Shown: positions 11,601-25,147 of the stretch, in pieces
Layout: the number at the start of each line of letters is the position of its first letter
Numbering within the stretch: the first letter of the stretch is position 1
Source of the DNA: Phaeosaccion multiseriatum
Taxonomy: Eukaryota; Protista; Ochrophyta, other classes
Assembly (NCBI GenBank): GCA_965112735.1
Contig: OZ218955.1
Span: 620,001-684,000 of the forward strand
Reading direction: 5' to 3'
DNA: 64,000 nucleotides
The notes under the pieces: generated by a model
What the model saw: the letters and a program-made list of their open reading frames with translations, nothing else
Database searches by the model: none
What the model was told of the DNA's origin: nothing
Position numbers and translations under genes: made by a program

Positions 11601-14600
11601 TGAGCGGACCAGTGTAAACTGAACAACTCGCGATTGCTTTCCCTCTAACCCCCTTCCTCCGTTGCTGCTCCTCCTCTCCTGTCCTCCCCTCCCCTCCTCT
11701 CCCCTGCCCTCCCCTCTATACCCTCCCCCCCTCCTTCCCCTCTATTCCCTCAATCCCTCCTTCCCTCCTTCCCTCTCTCCCTGCCTCCCTCCCTCCCTCC
11801 CTCCCTCCCTCCACACCAATAGGCCCTGGCCAAAGCCCTCCAATCACACGATCCCCGTTCCCGCCGCCTCAAGTCCATCCTGTCGTCCATCTCCCTGGAA
11901 GTCGACAAGAGCGTGCTCTTCTCACAGCCCTGCGTGTCTGCTTATGATATGTATCAGCGAAGGCTGCGCTGCACGGGAGGGACAGCCCCTGTCGCGCAGG
12001 TGCGTGTGCGTGTGTGCGTGTGAGTGTGTGTGTACGTGTGCGTGCGCGCGCGTGTGTTTGTGTGTGTGTGTATATGTGTGTGCGCCGCGTGCACTTGCTT
12101 GCCCTCGGCAAAGGGTGGAATGGAGTGGGAAACAAAGGGCCCTGGAATGGAACCCAACGAGTGAGTGCAAAGACCCGACAATGGAAATCGATGAATCTAA
12201 TCGCGTTTCTTGTTCTCTCGCGCTCTGCGTGTTCGTGCTTGTGTGCATGTGTTTGTGTGCGTGCGTGTGTGCGGGTGTGTGCGGGTGTGCGCGTGTGTGC
12301 GTCTGTGCGTGCTCAGGTTTCTACACAGACTGGTCAGGACGATCGGAGTGTAGAGGTGCAGACTGAGGTGAGAGGCAACGGAGCGCTGATGCTGAGAGGA
12401 GGAGAGGGGAGAGCTCGGTATATATATATATAGAGGAAGAGAGGGATGGAGAGAACAGAGAGAAGCACAGAGAATAGAGACACAGAATGAGGGCATGTGA
12501 GAGCGAAGAGAGAGGAGAAAGCTCAATAGAGACAGAGTGAAAAACACGAGATTGAGTGCGTATGAGAGCGAATAGAGAGAGTGAGGATGACTCGGGCCGC
12601 CGCTCCACATTTGCTTTGTGTGCTACGATAGTGCTGCTGGGCTTTCTCTGACGAATGAGGGCTCTACTCTACTGCTCTACTCTCTGTCTCTCCTTAGGGC
12701 TTTACTCTAATGTTTGACGACAATGCTCTGGTCTGATGCTCTACTCTTATTGCTCTACTCTCTGTCTCTTCTTCTTTCTAATGCTCTAATCTATGATGAA
12801 TCAGGAGGTGCGCAAGAGGAACGTCGAGGTCCAGTTTCACCTCGGTAGCGACGACACCGCTCTCGAGAACCTCATGGCCAGCATTAGAGCCAAGCGGAGG
12901 GGGATGGCAGTTGTTGGTCCAGGGGGGGGGAGAGGAGAGGGCAAGGCAGGAGAGGAGGATGAGGACGGTGCCATGCTCAAGGGAAACGTTGCAGGGGAAG
13001 ACAGCGATGGCGATGGCAGTGGATGGGCCGGGGGGACGGGTGGCAGTAGGAGCAGCAGAAGGAGGAGGGCAGCGGGCGGCGGCGGGGTGGAGGAAGTGTC
13101 CACTGGCCTCAGTCGCTTCTTGTTGTCGGCAGGGGCGGTGATGGAGGTGCTTTGTGAGGAGAACCTGGCCAGAGAGAAGAGGGGGGGGCGCGGCGGCTTG
13201 TTCGAGGATGGGGGCCGAGGAGGAGGAGGGGGAGGGGGGGGGGGAGGGGCTGACGAGAGAAGCATAGCCGGAGATGGACTCTTCGCGGCTGACAGGCAGT
13301 ATCAAGAGGTGTGTGGGTGTGTAGGGGGTGAGTGGGTGCGTGCGTGAGGGGATGGGAGAAGAATGAAACTCGACTCGAATCTGCTGCCTTCCCCGTGGCC
13401 TCTACTTCCTGCTTCCTTCTTGTTGCTTCCTGCTGCCTTGGCACCCGTGTGCGCACCGAAGGGGAGCATGCTCTTGCCGTATTGAAGAGAATAAGAGCTC
13501 TGAGACTGAAGAGAGTAACGCCCCTTTGATGCCCTTTGAAACAACCCTTTGAAGCACGTCCACCCATCTTAGTCCTCCCCTTTCCCTTCCTTTTCCTCTC
13601 CTCTCCCCTCCCCTCCCCACCCCTTCCTAGATCGGAGCCCGCGCCAGATCTAATGGCAGCACCACCAGCGACAGTAGGGATGGCAGTGGATGTACCAGTG
13701 GCGCTGGCAGCAAACACCCTTTCTGGCAGCTGCTGGGCCCCTCTTGGTCGTGGCGTGTGAGTGCCACCGCGTTTAGCACAGCTCAGACAAGTCTCCTGGC
13801 TACAGCTTACCATCGTCGGTCGGGCTTGGCGGGGAGGAGAGGTGGCTGGGGGGGAGGGCAGGGGGGCGACGGTGTGCGGGGGGAAGGGAAGGGGGGTGAG
13901 GAGGAGGGGGACGACGACACTGTGATTTGGCAGCAGTTGGTGATACAACAGGGGGGGGAGGGGGTGATGTTTCCAGGTCGGGACGTTGTGGCCGTGTGGA
14001 GCACTGTCGATCCGATGGGGGAGCCGTCAAAGGTGAGCAGAGTGGGGCAAAGTGGTGCAAGTAGATGGAAGCAGAGATGGCAGTAGATGCTTGTCGATGG
14101 TTGTAGATGGCAGTAGATGGTAGTCGATGGTAGTCGATGGTAATTGGTGACTGGGGGTGTGAGTGATTGATCTATCGCGCGAGGGATGGGGCTGAATGAA
14201 CAATGGAGGGACGTGAGGATATGCATTGCCTTACCCTCCCCTCCCTCCCTCCCTCCCTCCCTCCCTCCCTCCCTCCCTCCCCTTCCCCTCCCTCCCTCAG
14301 GTGCTGGTAGGCGAGGGGAGCATCACGTGCCTGGCTTTGGGTATCTCGCATGCCCACATTGTGGTGGCGGGTACGGCAGAGGGCTCCGTGCTGTTGTGGG
14401 ACTTGAGGGAGTCTTGGGCCAGGCATATGGGCAGGGAAGCCACCGAGATGGGCATGGGTTGCGGCATTCGGTGAGAAGTCGAGTTAGCACTCCTCCGCTT
14501 GCCTGTCTATCTTTCTCTCTCTGTCTTTCTCTATCTTCGCACTCTTCTACCTTTCTCTCTCTCTCCTCTTCTCTCTCTCTCCATGCGCCCTGCCCGCGCT

Positions 14601-16773
14601 CATCACTCGCTCATCAGACACAACCCCCGCTTCCCATGAGACGTGTATGTTATGTGCCATTAAGTCGTCCTCCCTTCTCACCAATCATATGTCATTAACA
14701 TGTCCTCCTCCTCACCCGCTGCAGAGCCCCTACCTACTCTACAGCGGCGGGCCACAGCGGCGGCGGCCTTGCAGGGGCGGCAGGAGCAGCAGCAGCGGCC
14801 TCCGAGAGCCGAAACGGGCACACTTCCGCTGTGGTGAGTTGTGAGTCGTGAGCTTAGAGTTGCCGAATGTAGTTTCAGTTTCAGATGGAGTCTCTGCGAC
14901 TGTTCCCTCCCCCGCCACGTTGGGGTCTGTATCGCGCTGCTCCTCACATACTCATCTCAGCACCTGCTCGCTCCCTCCCTCTGTTGGGTAGGCATACTCG
15001 TGTCGCCTACATAAGACCACTGAGTTGATGGAAAGCACATGGGCTGACTCTCTCTCTCCCTCTCTACCTCTCTTCTCTTCTCTCTCCCTCTCCCTTCCTC
15101 TCTCCCTCTCTCTCTCCTTCTCCCTCTCCCTCTCCCTCTGTCTCCCTCTCCCTGTCCTTCTCCCTCTCCCTCTCCCTGTCCCTGTTCTTCTCCATATCCC
15201 TCTCTCTCTCTTCACCCCTCTCCTCTCCCTTCTCTCTCTCCACCCTCCCCCCCTCTATCTCCTCGCCCTCTCTCTCTCTTCACCCTTCTCCTATCCCTTC
15301 TCTCTCTCCACCCCCCCCTCCCTCTCTCCCCTCTTCCTCTCCCAACAGGTCCAGGTGGTGCCTGTCCCGACCCTCGCTCAGGCCGCAGCCGCCGCTACAG
15401 CCGCTACGGCCGCCGGAGGGTCTGCTATAGCGTCGCATGTGTCAGGGGCCGGGGCAGAAGGCAGCAGCACCACCACCAGTAGTAGCAGCAGCACCGGCAG
15501 CAGCAGCAGCAGCATCGGGGGAAAGCTGTCTGTGGGCAGTAGCGCGAGCTTCCAACTTGCGTCGCTAGACGACCGAGGCCTGGTGGTGATCTGGATCTCA
15601 GACGAGGCAAGCCATGGGGTGGAATCAGGGAGCATAGCAGATTTGGGCCTGGGTTTGGGAGGTAGAATCCGCCTCCTGCCCGTCAGAGCCATTTGCTTGT
15701 CCGCTCCCCGATGGTCTACGCTTGGCAAGGCGGCAAAGCAACGAATGGTGCAGCGTGCAAGCTTCGGCGCCGGAATTAGTGGCAGCGGCAACGACAACGA
15801 CCAGCCATCCGGATCCGGTATCGGTGGTGGAGGAGGAAGAGGAGGGGAAGCAATAGGCGGGCCGCGAGCAACGTGTATGGCAGTATGTCGCTCAGATCCG
15901 AACCGCTTCGTGGTGGGTCTGACGGACGGCTCCCTCGCTCACGAGTCTCGGCTCGGGAAAGTGCCTTCCCCCAGCGTCTTTCGATGCCCTCAGACCAAGA
16001 CAACCAGGGGCTCCTCCTCTTCGTCGTCTTCTTCCTCCTCCCCCTCCTCCTCCTCTTCCTCCCCTGCAGCTGTGACGGCAGTGTCCTTCTCACCCTTCTC
16101 GCTGGGCCACTTCCTTGCGGGCTGTAGCGACGGGTCCGTTCGGCTCTATCACGAAGGCACCGCTCGACCCCTCACCGTCTGGGAGGGATTCACCTCCTCG
16201 ATCTCTTCCACATCTTCTCCTTCCTCGTCCTCGTCGCTCTGCAAGTCGCTTTTACTGGCCGGTGTGGACGGAGCGGTGGCGGTTTCTGCGGTGGAGTGGT
16301 CATCGCACCGTCCGGCCGTCTTCTTTGTGTCGGATGCCAACGATAGACTACATGCCTTTGACTTGTTGCAGGACGACAGATGGCCAGTTCAGCAATCCTC
16401 CGCATCTTGCAACGACCGAACGCAAACACATGAAGGAGGAGGACCGGGGAGGAGCGAGTTGGGAGGAGGAGAGGGCAAGGACCAAGGCGACTCATACGGC
16501 GAGGAGGATGAGGAGGAGGAGGAGGGGAGTGCGTTGTCCCGCTGTAGCCTGGCCTTGTCGTCCGAGAAGCTAGTGGCAGGGGCACGGCCGTCCGTGTTGA
16601 CCTCGTGTGGGCAGCCAGGGAGGGGCGTTAGCCTTCGCTCCTTGTCGAGCGCGCTGTTCCGCCCGCCCCGCCCCCCGTCCTCGGGGCCCCGCGAAGGAGA
16701 GGGAGGCGGCGGGATGGTGCCCCTTGCTCGAGAAGTGTTGCAGTTTGGGGCATGGCTGGAGGCCATTTTGTAA
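8607..16773 (+). CDS. WDR60: Cytoplasmic dynein-2 intermediate chain 1 (WDR60/FAP163-like), multi-exon
   Basis: Acidic [17 protein letters not shown] segment; light-chain-binding-type QVSTQT...VEVQTE; [19 protein letters not shown]; WD40 blades [81 protein letters not shown], in the order typical of WDR60. Confidence 0.85.
9509..9843. repeat. Two-copy ~166-bp tandem duplication of the exon end, 5' splice site and (TG)-rich intron start
   Basis: gaggaggtcagtgtgtgtatatgtatatgtgtatg at 9509 and 9675, each ending gcatgtatgtgtctgtg. Confidence 0.9.
10423..10690. repeat. 32-bp minisatellite, about 8 copies, intronic
   Basis: Unit cgtgctctctttgcccacctaaggctcaccct at 10423, 10455, 10487 and onward; the last copies are degenerate. 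Confidence 0.95.
14061..14150. repeat. Degenerate 10-bp minisatellite (GATGGYAGTN)n, intronic
   Basis: gatggcagta gatgcttgtc gatggttgta gatggcagta gatggtagtc gatggtagtc gatggtaatt. Confidence 0.85.
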
Positions 16774-17117
16774 GCAAAGCAGGAGGCCACAGGCAACAAA
16801 ACAGATGGAAAAACCAATAAAGAGGTGAAAGAGGGGCGCACAGATGATTCACAGATGGGCCATTTCAACCCCACAGAACAGAGTGCACAACCACACCGTC
16901 ACAGAACACACAGGGCACATTTCCCCCCCCCCTCCCCCTTTTACCTCAAAGAGCAGAGAGCTGAGGCTTCCAAGTCAATCCTCTCAGCCTCTCACAGCCC
17001 CCCTTGCGAGTGATCGAGAGGGAGTGAGTGAGTGAGTGAGGTGAAATCCCCAAACTGAAATTGAAACTGAATCCAGATCGATCCAAACAGTAAAAAAAAG
17101 AAAAAAGAGCACAAGCG

Positions 17118-20100
17118 ATGCAACACGCGTCCTTGGTTCTCCTATTCATCGCGTGCATGTCCGGCTCTACCCTTCTCGTTGCGAGCTCGGCTTCTGGCGC
17201 TCCTTCGCACACAGGCGGTGGAGGAATCCCATTCGACCCTTCTTCTGTGGGGGAAGGTGCCAAAGATGCAGCTGCTGAAAGGGAGGCATTCTCCCCCGTC
17301 GAGCAGGACGAGCAGTACAAGAGCCTCTCCGCGCAGCTCCGGGCTGCCAGTGAGCAAAGGAGGCTGAAGAGGGCCGCTGTGGCAGCTGCAAGGGACCCTG
17401 GTACCAGCGCTGCCATGGCTCAAGGAGGGCAACTGCAGCGGCAGCAACAGCAACAGCAGGAACAGGAGAAGCAGCCGGTGACGTTTGCACTGGCTTCCAA
17501 GAGCGCTTCGAGCCAAGTCCACGCGACGGATGGATACAAGGAGAGCGCGCAGCTCGTGGACTTGACCAACAAGAATGGGGTGCATGTGGACGCGGTGAGT
17601 GTTCGCAAAACAAACAAACAAACAAGCCTCAGTCAGAGGTAGAGGGGAGTGTGCATGCGTGACTTGAATACACCATTATGTGAGGCACTAAAGCCCTTGT
17701 CCTGTGTGTGTTTTTTTTCCTCTCCCAAAGTCTGTCCACTTCCCGCCAAATGCCTTCTCCTGCCTACCCCTCCTTTCCCTCACATCTTTCCCACGCAGCA
17801 CTCTTGCCTTGTCACTCTCATCTCTTCGGTACACGCATACCTCACACCTAGCACTGGCGAAGCGAGCGGGCGCGGCGGGTCACCCCTCCCACTCCCGAGA
17901 GCCTCCCTTTATTATGAACTAAGCTCCAGAGCTCTCGCCTGCCTCGCGTCTTGCTGTCACCATCATTTTGCATTGCTTCACCCCCCCCTCTCAGATGCAG
18001 CGAGTGGCGCATGCAGAGCCGTCGTGCAGCATGGAAACTCTACTGCAGCGCACCTTGCTGCACGGACTGGTCCCGAAGGTGAGAGAGAGCGAGAGAAATG
18101 GGCTTTAGAACTTTACCCTATCATTCCCATTATCCTCGTCATCATCACTATCATCCTCACTATCACCCTCATCATCATCGTCATCATTCTTCGTCGTCAT
18201 CATCATCATCATCAACATCATCATTCCTCCTCGTCATCATCATCATCTTCAATCAATCAGACATGCGCATCTTTCCCCCATCACAACCCCGTCAGAGATC
18301 AGAGATCGTGACTGACGCCCCTCTCCGTCGCGGCCCTTCCCCCTTGTTTGCTTTCTGTAACTGTCCAATCAAGGTCATACCTGAGTTCAAAAGCATATCA
18401 GTCGGTACGGTACGGTTAGGTGCATGCCTGTGGGCTGCCTCCGACGTCCGACTGACAGCTTGTTGCATCTCAAAAGGGATGCAAGATTTTTACGTTGCTG
18501 ATGCCCACCCAACCCCTCCCACACCTGTTGTGCTGCTGCCGTATCACCAACTGCTCACCCTCATCCTTCCCCCCCCCCTCCTCCTCTGACTGCCCACAGG
18601 AGGTGCGGTGATGGGTGCATCGCTAGAGGCTTCCTCGCACCGCCACGGTCAGTTCCACGACACATGCTCCTACCTCACGCTCATGCTCGGTAACGGCACC
18701 ATCGTGCGCTGCTCTCCAAACGAACATGCCGACCTCTTCAACGGCGTCAGCGGCTCGTACGGAACACTAGGTAAGGGAGGGATGGTAGCGGAGGAGGAGG
18801 AGGAGGAGAGGCGAGGGAAGGGGGAGGAGAGGGGAGAGGAGGAGAGGGGAAGGGCGGGGTAGGGTACGTACGTGTGCAACTGGGGAGCAGCAGCAGCACC
18901 ACCAGCACCAGCAGAATAAAGTTTCATTTTCAATTTGGCCCGGATCAGTCCCACAATCGTGAGATCAGATCGAAGTCGGCACGGTCGTGATTGAGGTCAG
19001 GAGCAGCACAAGTGGTGCTTGCGATTGGGCTCTAGGGGGGGAGGGAGAGCATGTTCGCAACACGCACAATCGCGCGCAGATACGCACGCACGCACACACC
19101 CACACACCCACACACGCCCCCATCTTCTCTCTTGTCATACTCTGCTGCGTACGCCTGGTGACTGTTGGCTGGTGGCAGGCCTGCTGCTGGGGGCCGGCGT
19201 TGAGCTCGAGCCTTGCAGCAAGTATGTGAAGCTCCGGTATGTCGTTTATGGTGAGTGGAAGTGAGCAAGGGGGTACGTGAGGGAGGCATGGAGGAAGGAA
19301 GGAAGGCAGGGAAGGAGGGAGAGAGGGTGTGAGAAAGACTGAGTCAGTGGGTAAGAGCGAATGAGCGAGCGAGCTAACGGTACCGCTACATTACACCACC
19401 CCTCCCCTCCCCTCCCCTTCCATTGGCCCCTTGGTATTTCCCCCCCCCTTTTCGTGAAATTAGATGATATCGAGGAGGGTATGGCTGCCCTAATAGCCGC
19501 CACGCAAGCTCCAGTGCCCAATACTATTGGGTCGGATGGAGGGGATCCACCCCCCCCCGGGACAGCAGGGGCGACTGTCCCGGCCTTTGTGGAGGCGTTA
19601 GTGCTTCCTCCCTCCTCCCGCGCCGGCAGCCCGGCTGAAGGAACTCTCGGTGAGTGTAAGGGTAGCGGTCGATGGCAGTCGATGGCAGTCAGCTGTCCTG
19701 TGTCGCAGGCTGCAGCTCGTTCACACGCTGGGCTTGATCGTCTGTCGGCAAGTGCGAGCTATTGCTGTGGTTGATGTGCTGACTCAATCGCTGTGTATAT
19801 CTACTTCCCGCTCTTCGCTCTGGCCTCCCCGGGGTTTTTGCTACGTGCATCGTGGCCAATATGACGGGGTGTGATGGATTGAATGGTACCGAACGAAAAG
19901 TGCTCATCACGGGCGAATGGGCGTGGCAAGAAGATAGGGTCAGCAGCAGCAGCGGCAGCAGCAGCAGTAGCAGCAGTAGCAGTAGTGGCAGTGGAGAGAG
20001 GAGCCTTCCCGTGACGAGGATGGATCGGTGCGGGGGTGCGTGGTACTACGAGCACGTGCAGCGAGTATGCTCCAAGCTGACCAAGCAGCGAGATGGAGAG

Positions 20101-20453
20101 GACAAGACGCATGGCACGGGGGATCAAGGGCACCGCCAGCACCAGCAGCAGTTGGTGATACAGCAGCAGGAGGGGGAGGGAGGGGCTGAGGGTGGGGGTG
20201 TGGATCGGTGTTACGAGGAGCTCATCCCCACAAGCGAATACATCTTCCGCTACGAACGGGGCTGCTTCTGGATGGCGAGGTATGTAGTTTCAGTTTCAGT
20301 ATATGGACCCCGATGGACCGCGACCATTATCGAGAACCGATGGATGCCAGCTATGTGTGTTTGTGAGTGGGTGTGTAGGTCCTCACCCCTGCTCTTTCCC
20401 ACCTCCTCCTCCTCCTCCTCCTCCTCCTCCTCCTCCTCCCACTACTGCTGCCT

Positions 20454-20498
<45 letters not shown>

Positions 20499-22384
20499 TT
20501 ACTACAAAATACTCTTCCTCCTCCTCCTCCTCCTCCTCCCCCCCCACACCCCATTCTCTACCATCCTAAGGCCCATGCGTTTGGAGGCCCGGGCGCTGAC
20601 ACCCTTCACCACAGTGCTCTTTGCACTCACGAGTTCGAATCCTCTTTTCCGCTTCCTCTTCGGTTGGATGTTCACAGCCACGATGCTTTACCAGGTCAGT
20701 GAGAGGGTATTGTAATTGACGGACCTACTGTACTAGACTGAAACTGAGTACCAGTAGAGACTCTGCTCCTCCTCCTCCTCCTCCCCCTCCTCCTCTTCCT
20801 CTACATCCTACTGCTGATCTCCCTCTTCCTCCTCCTGTGTGTGTTTGCTTTGCGTGTGCGTGCGTGCGTGCGTGCGCGCGAGTTTGCTCGCCCTCAAGCC
20901 CCCCTTCCTTCCAACGCCGCTCCCTTGTTACGACAACCTTCTTTGCCAACGCAGATCCTTCATAAGGCCAGTCCGAAGGCGGTTGCAGGTGACGGCTTCT
21001 CTCTCTGCTTCTCTCTCCCTCTCTGGCCCCTCTCTCTCGCTCCCCCACTCTCTCGCTCTGTCGCTCTCGTTCTCCCTCCTCATCTCTCTCTCTCCGTCTC
21101 TCTCTCCCTTGCTCTGCCTCCTCGCTCTCTCTCCCCCCAGCTTCAAGTCCAACTCACCCCCCACTCCCCTTTCTCCCCCCTCTCTCTCCCCACCCCTCAG
21201 AGAAAATGATCGCTGCCGACCTCTACACACCTGCTCACAGCGCTGTCCAACTGGTCCGGTATGTGCGTGCCACCATCCCGCTCACCACCCCGCTGTGGCT
21301 GTGCCCGGTGAGGGGCCCTGCACAAGCCCAGCTACTTAGTCCGCACGGGCACAGGTGAATTTCGAGTTTTCAGTTTGGAGTTGGATTTGGAGTTTCGAAC
21401 AACACTTCGTTGCTCCACACCACCTTAGTTCATTCTTTTGAGTGAGTCAGTCCATCCCTGGACAGATAGATAAGACAGACAGAGAGACAGGCAGACAAAC
21501 AGACAGACGGACAGAGCCAAACAGACAGACAAATAGACAGACAAACAGACTGACTGACTGACTGACTGACTGACTGACTGACTGACTGACTGACTGACTG
21601 ACTGACAGACAGAGAGCAGAGAGACAGCCTTACCTGCTGACAGCTGCTTACCCGCTCAAGACTTACTTACCCGCTGAGGAGCGTCGGTCTCTCCTCTCTC
21701 CTCTTTCTCTCCACTCCGCTCAAACTGTGCCCCCCTTGCCGCCTCCCCTCTGCCCCTCCCCTCGTACCACTACCGTCCACTGCCATCCACTGCCGTCCTC
21801 CCCGACGTCCATGCTCCTCAGACCACACGACATGATGATCAACGGTAAGTAATATTAAGTAAGTCATTAGCATACTGGACGTAGAGAGCTACAAAAGTAA
21901 CTCACGGACTGTGGAGTGTGCCCATGGCGTTCCATCCCCTCCTCCCCCCCACCTTGCTGTGCATGTCACCGCTGCTACACACATGCAATCATATATTTTG
22001 ACACTTCGCTCCCCACTGACCACTGACTACGCACGCCGCACGCATACACACCCGTATACACGCACGCACACATGCACGCACACACACACACGTACACAAA
22101 CGCGAAACGCTCTCCTGTGGTGTATGTATGCATATATGTGCATGTGACCCCTTCGCTCAACGCAAAGTTGGGATCTATGGAAGGTTACCCAACGGAGACT
22201 TTCGGGGAGAGGAGCACACAAAGGTATGGAAGGAGGGTACGCTCACGCAATAGCAGCGACAGACAGACAGACAGGCAGACCGACAGACAGGCCGATCGAC
22301 CGATCGACCGACCGACAGACAGATAGACAGCCAGATAGACAGACAGGCAGACAGACAGACAGACAGACCAGACAGAAAAGAAAG

Positions 22385-22469
<85 letters not shown>

Positions 22470-22702
22470 GAGAGATACCGACTGAAAACCCGAGTCCACC
22501 CTAACCCACCCTACTCCTGTGCTCCTCTTTGTTTATCCTCTTTGGGATTTCTGCGTGTGCGTGTGCGTGTGTGTGCGTGTGTGTGAATGTGGACAGCGTC
22601 TGGAGGCATGGACAGCTCGAGCTGGGGGTAGGAAGATGCTCTACTCCCAAAACTTCTACACCAAGGACATGTTTTGGGGCGAGGGAGCCGCGGAAGCACT
22701 TG

Positions 22703-22735
<33 letters not shown>

Positions 22736-23178
22736 GTGAAGGAGGAGATGTAAGTGAAGACACAGGAGGGGGGGGAGGAGGAGAGGAATTAGATGGAGGA
22801 GAAGAAGAAAATGATATAGGACAAGGAGGAGGAGGCGCAGTAGAGAAAATTGATGGAGGAGGAGGAGGAGGAGGAGGAGGAGGAGGAGGAGGAGGAGGAG
22901 GAGGAGGAGCAGCAGCAGCAGCAGCAGCGCCAGAGGGAGGAGCAGGAGGGGGAGGGGGAGGAGATGAAGGGCATAGAGGCAGCAGCAGGGACGGGGAGAG
23001 GGGCGGTATCTACGACCTCGATGCCTACCTCAAACTCCGACTCAAGTACCACGCAGAGGGAGCGTTCCCCAGCCTGCTGGACAAGGTGGGAGAGGCCCCG
23101 GGCGGCTGGGAGGAGGACAAGGCGGAGGCCGGCTGGAGAACGAGGGCCTTGTATCGACTGTCGCGGGCCGCCCTCTGA
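17118..23178 (+). CDS. DHCR24: Delta24-sterol reductase (DHCR24/DWF1)-like FAD-linked oxidoreductase, about 12 exons including micro-exons
   Basis: Joined exons give EPSCSMETLL...LVPK|VIPEFKSISVG|GAVMGASLEASSHRHGQFHDT...GNGTIVRCSPNEHADLFNGVSGSYGTL|GLLL...LEPCSKYVKLRY, EYIFRYERGCFWM, NPLFRFLFGWM, GGRKMLYSQNFY, YLKLRLKYHAEGAFPSLLDKV. The N-terminus is hydrophobic and signal-like. Confidence 0.85.
21460..21628. repeat. (GACA)n/(GACT)n tetranucleotide array, intronic
   Basis: Directly visible. Confidence 0.9.
22258..22475. repeat. (GACA)n tetranucleotide array, intronic
   Basis: Directly visible. Confidence 0.9.
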
Positions 23179-23404
23179 TCCCCTCTGAGGTCCATCTGAG
23201 GCCACTCCAAGAGGTCCTCTTAAACCCCTCTGCGGCCCTCTGAGATATGACACAAGTCACATCACATGACGATACCATAGGTGAAAGAAGGGATGCGAGG
23301 AAACAAGTAGTCCTTTGTACATACTATTTTATGTCCAGTGAGTCGGTACAAGCAGGAAGGGAAGACGGTCCTGGCATGTCCAGTCTCCCGCCCGTCTCCC
23401 TCGC

Positions 23405-23437
<33 letters not shown>

Positions 23438-23442
23438 TGTGC

Positions 23443-25116
23443 TCACTTGACGTCCATGCTCCTCACTTGAGCTTCGATTGCCGCGGCTCCTCTTCCCGGC
23501 TGCCGCAGGTACATTTGCCGCCCCCCTCCTCTGTCTTGTCTCTCCTCTCTACTCCCTCGCTCCCCCATATCTCGAAAACTCGAGGCCATCCTGTGGATAG
23601 CCCCCTGCATGCCCCCCTGCGCCTGCCCCTCCACCGCCCTCCTATCCACTGCCATCATCTTCCCGCCTCCTCCTCCTTCCCTCCCCGCCCCGTCCGCGCT
23701 GTCGTCACCATCGCTGTCCACAATCACCACCACCTCCTGCCTCTGCTTCTCACCCCCCGGGGACACCTCATACCCCGAGGAGACCCGTCGCCGTTGTTGT
23801 TGTGCGCTTCGGTGCGCACTCTCCTCAATCGCACTTGCCCCCCTTTCCCCTGCCCTTTCCCTTGGTGCCGCTGCTACACCTGCTGCTCCTCCCTGGCGTG
23901 TTGGGACTCCACCCTCGTGCCTCGGAGCTGCAGCCCTTCCACCACCAATGTGTGCTTCCCTCTCCGATCCCCACCGTTCTCCTCCTCCTCCTCCTCCTCC
24001 GCCTCCGCCTCCTCCTCCTCCTGCTCCTCCTCGTCCTCCTTCTCCTCCCCCGCCTCCCCCTGCTGCCGCTGCGGGTGCCTTGTTCTTCACTCCTCCTCTC
24101 GCCATAGCTGCCATCGCCGCAATCGCCTCTGCCGCCTCAGCCGCCACCAAAGCCTCCTCCTCCGCCCGCCTTGCCTCCTCCACACTCTGACGCACCCTCC
24201 GATACACATGGAGGGTGTCCTCTCGCGCCGTTGCGTCCGCCGTCGCCTGAGCCGTGGACACAAGTGGGTTGTCTGCGGCACTGATTCGCTTGCAGCCCTC
24301 TGCCGTGAAGGTGGTGATTGGGGGTCTCCACCCCTGCACTTGGGCATCAAGCCGCTCCCCTGAGGGTAGGCACATGGTCGTGCCGTCCGGTGCGACGGTC
24401 AACCGCCGTGCAGGAGGCACCTTCCTCGAACATGGCGGCGGCTTGGCGTGTGAGGTTGGCGGGTACTCCATTCCGAGGCCCCTCCTCTCGGCCTCAGCGG
24501 TCATGTCTTGCAAGTTTCGAGAGCGCACGGTACCATTCTCGTCCACAAAGGCCTTGACGAGGCGGCAAAAGTGTCTCCACTTGCCACTGCAACCCCTGCA
24601 GCTGTCCGTGCTGACGCTCACGGTGATCGGTGCTGGCGCGCTCTCCCCCATCAGAATCCTCTGCTGCTGCTGATGCTCCGCGAGCCGCCGACGCCCTGCC
24701 AGGACGTCCTTCACCTTCCCCAACCCTTCCACTTTGCGATGCAGAGCCCACGGCGGCAGGGCCTGCCAGACGAGCGATGGGTGGGCCAGGGCCGTGTAGT
24801 CCACGTGGGGAGTGCTGTGCTCCCTGTCGAAACTGGTAGTGCATTTGGGTGCATGTGGGTGGTACAATTAGTGGGAGGGGAGGGAGGGTTGTGTTGTCTT
24901 CGTTGGCAGAGAGGCGGCGGGGACACATGCAGGGGCGAGAGAGAAGTCGGGGGTTGGGCGTGGGAGTGCTGAGCAGGGACAGGGGAGATATTGTTGCTGG
25001 AAACGTCAAGGCGGGCGGATACCCGTTGGTCTGGTCAACGGAGTTCAGTTCTCAAAAGGCGGTACACGTGCAAAAGAACATGGGGGGCGGGTACGGTCGT
25101 AGACAGAGGAGAGAGA

Positions 25117-25147
<31 letters not shown>

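Noticed and set aside
13631-14032. Apparent frameshift in a WDR60 exon (ORFs 13536 and 13757)
   Set aside because: Reading from the phase-0 acceptor at 13630 gives one open frame (IGARARSNG...WRVSATAFS); no shift is needed.
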